DNA of 64,000 bases. Origin: Octopus sinensis (Eukaryota). The position numbers were made by a program, and so were the translations under genes. Under the pieces are notes generated by a model that was given only the letters and a program-made list of their open reading frames with translations, ran no database searches and was not told the DNA's origin. Location of the stretch: the NCBI RefSeq assembly GCF_006345805.1, contig NC_043007.1:64356001-64420000 (forward strand), written 5' to 3'. How positions within the stretch are numbered: position 1 is the first letter of the stretch; each line of letters begins with the position of its first letter. Positions 61,595 through 64,000 of the stretch are shown here, piece after piece.

Positions 61595-63052
61595 AGATCA
61601 TATGCTGTTTGGTTTTATGCCTGGGAGAAGCACAACTGATGCTATATTCCTGGTAAGACAACTACAGAAGTATTTAGCGAAAAATAAACCTCCATATTTG
61701 GTTCTTGCCAACATGAAGAAAGCTTTTGACAGGGTCCCTCACTCCCTTATCTGGTGGTCAATGTGGAAGCTAGAGGTAGATGAGTAGTTAGTAACAGCTG
61801 TACAAGTCATGTACAGGGATGCTGCCAGTGAGGTGAAGGTTGATAGCAAATATAGCAATGAATTCAGTGTATAGGTAAGAGTTCACCAAGGCTCAGTTCT
61901 CAGCCCTCTCTTGTTTATCATAGGCTATAACAGGAATTCAAAACTGACTGCCACTGGGAGCTTCTCTACACTGATGATCTTGTTCTTATAGCTGAATCAC
62001 GACCTGACCTAGAGAAGAAATTTCAGGTGTGGAAGGCCTGCAGTCTTAAAGTTAATTAAAAAAAAAAACTGAAGTCCTAGTAAGTAGGAAAACAGACAAA
62101 TCACAAGTCCTTTCAGGGAGATGGCTCTGCTCAATATGTAAGAAGGGTGTTGGTAGAAACTCCATATGTTGTACCCAGTGCAAGCTTTCGAAACATAAGT
62201 GATGTAGTGGTGTCACAGGAAGGTTAACAGAGAAAATAGTCTTTGTGTGTAGCAAATGTGTGGGTACAATAAGCACTAAAAATGCACAGGTTGATACCTA
62301 GAAGTAGTATAGCCTCTGATACCTAGGCAACCATTGCTTGAATGAGAACAGGCTGGGCAAAGTTCAGAGAGCTTTTACCTTTGTTGGTAACTAAGAGCCT
62401 CTCCTTCAGAGTGAAAGGTAGATTGTATGATCCCTGTGTATGTACAGCTATGCTACATGGCAGTGAAACATAGGCTATGACTACAGAGGACTAGTGAAGG
62501 CTTGAAAGAAATGAAGCTAGCATGCTCTGTTAGATTGGTAATGTCAATTTGCAAACACAGCAAAGAGTAAATGATTTATGAGGAAAACTGGGTATAAGAG
62601 GCATAAGATGTGTGCAAGAGAAAAAACTATGTTGGTTTTATTATGTGCTGCATATGGATGAGGACAGTTGCATGAAGTGCCAAGCTCTAATTGTGGAGGA
62701 AACCTGTGAAAAGGGTAGACCCAAGAAGTGGGATGAAGTGGTGAGGAAGGATCTTCAGATGCTGGGCCTCAGCAAGGGAATGACAAAGGACCAAGACTTG
62801 TGGCAATTACAGGTGCCAGTGCCATGTAAAATGCTTTTGTGCTGGCACTGTGTAAACACACCTATGCTGGTGGCACATAAGAAAACCCAGCACAGCCTGT
62901 AAAGTGGTTCGTATTAGAAAGAGTATCCAGTTGTAGAAACCATGCCATAACAGACAATTGGAGTCTGGATAGCTCTCTGGCTGGCCAGCTCCTGTCAAAC
63001 CATCCAACCCATGCCGGCATGGAAAGCAGACGTTAAACGATGATGATGATGA
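61595..63052 (+). mobile_element. Decayed 5'-truncated RTE-clade LINE (RT to 3' UTR, (GAT)n tail)
   Basis: FGFMPGRSTTDAIFLVRQLQ, KAFDRVP, VHQGSVLSPLLF, and C-terminal GRPKKWDEVV. Confidence 0.88.
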
Positions 63053-63067
63053 TATATAAATATATAT

Positions 63068-64000
63068 ATATCATCATCATCATCGTTTAACGCCTGCTTT
63101 CCATGCTGGCCTGGGTTGGATGGTTTGACTGAGGACTGGCGAGCCAGATGGCTGCACCAGGCTCCGATCTGATCTGGCAGAGTTTCTACAGCTGGATGCC
63201 CTTCCTAACGCCAACCACTCTGAGAGTGTAGTGAGTGCTTTTACGTGCCACCAGCACGAGGGCCAGTCAGGTGGTACTGGCGACGGCCATGCTCAAATGG
63301 TGTATTTTATGCGCCACCTGCACAGGAGTCAGTGCATCGGCACTGGCAATGACCTCGCTCGAATATTGTTTTTCATGTGCCATCAGCACAAGTGCCAGTA
63401 AGGCGGTGCTGTCATTGACCACGTCAGCAAATTTGATTTTGATTGTGTATTCACTTGCCTCAACAGGCCTTTGCAAGCAAAGTTTAGTGTCCAACGAAAG
63501 AAAGGTATGCATATGTAGGCTGGTTACACTGCTAGCATAGGCTATGAGTTATGGTCTCACTTGGCTTGCCAGGTCTTCTCAAGCACAGCATATTTCCAAA
63601 GGTCTCGGTCACTATTCATTGACTCGGTGAGGCCCAATGTTCAAAGGTCGTGCTTCACCACATCATCCCAGGTCTTCCAGGGTCTACCTCTTCCAGAGAT
63701 TCCCTCAACTGCTATGGTGTGACACACAGCTGTCCTCATCCATTCACACCACATGACCATACCAGCGGAGTTGTCTCTCTTGCACACCACATCTGATGCT
63801 TCTTATGTCCATCTTTTCTCTCAAGGCACTTAAACTGTCGTGTATGCACACTGACATTACACATCCAGTGGAGCATACTGGCTTCATTCCTTGCAAGCTT
63901 ATACATGTCCTCAGCAGTCATGACCCATGTTCCACTGCCATGTAGCATGGATGTTCATACACATGTGTCACACTATACCTATAATACTACATGGACTGAA
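63068..64000 (-). mobile_element. 3' part of a second RTE-clade LINE, opposite orientation
   Basis: MLHGSGTW..TAEDM..L.RNEASML.WMCNVSV on the minus strand; the 3' UTR is homologous to ~62865-63052 and ends in (GAT)n. Confidence 0.85.

Overview
AT-rich eukaryotic genomic DNA, dense in microsatellites and transposons. The SINE and RTE repeat families look like those of Octopus (inference, not verified). It holds three host genes. (1) The last coding exon of a MARK/PAR-1 kinase (KA1 domain, + strand, 2300-2645). (2) A complete 12-exon MOCS3/UBA4 gene on the - strand (44331 to 10006). I reconstructed it exon by exon into a frame-consistent 1347-nt CDS (448 aa). (3) The last two coding exons of ZNF830/CCDC16 (- strand). 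The main finding is that three of the eleven MOCS3 introns carry minor-spliceosome (U12-type) signals (GTATCCTT donor plus CCTTAAC branch site), and one of them appears to end in TG rather than AG. Other notable items: a short-LTR Gypsy-like element whose 5' half is replaced by an intronless Smurf cDNA fragment; a 563-bp GC-rich near-perfect palindrome with TGT...ACA ends and a 5-bp TSD; several Penelope-type minimal hammerhead motifs, one family linked to a tRNA-like head; an 18S rRNA 5'-end fragment inside a SINE; and a head-to-tail Helitron dimer. The rest is CR1-, RTE-, CRE-, Penelope-, mariner/Tc1- and piggyBac-type elements and SINEs. All alignments and coordinates were done by eye. Exon boundaries were counted base by base; repeat boundaries are approximate.
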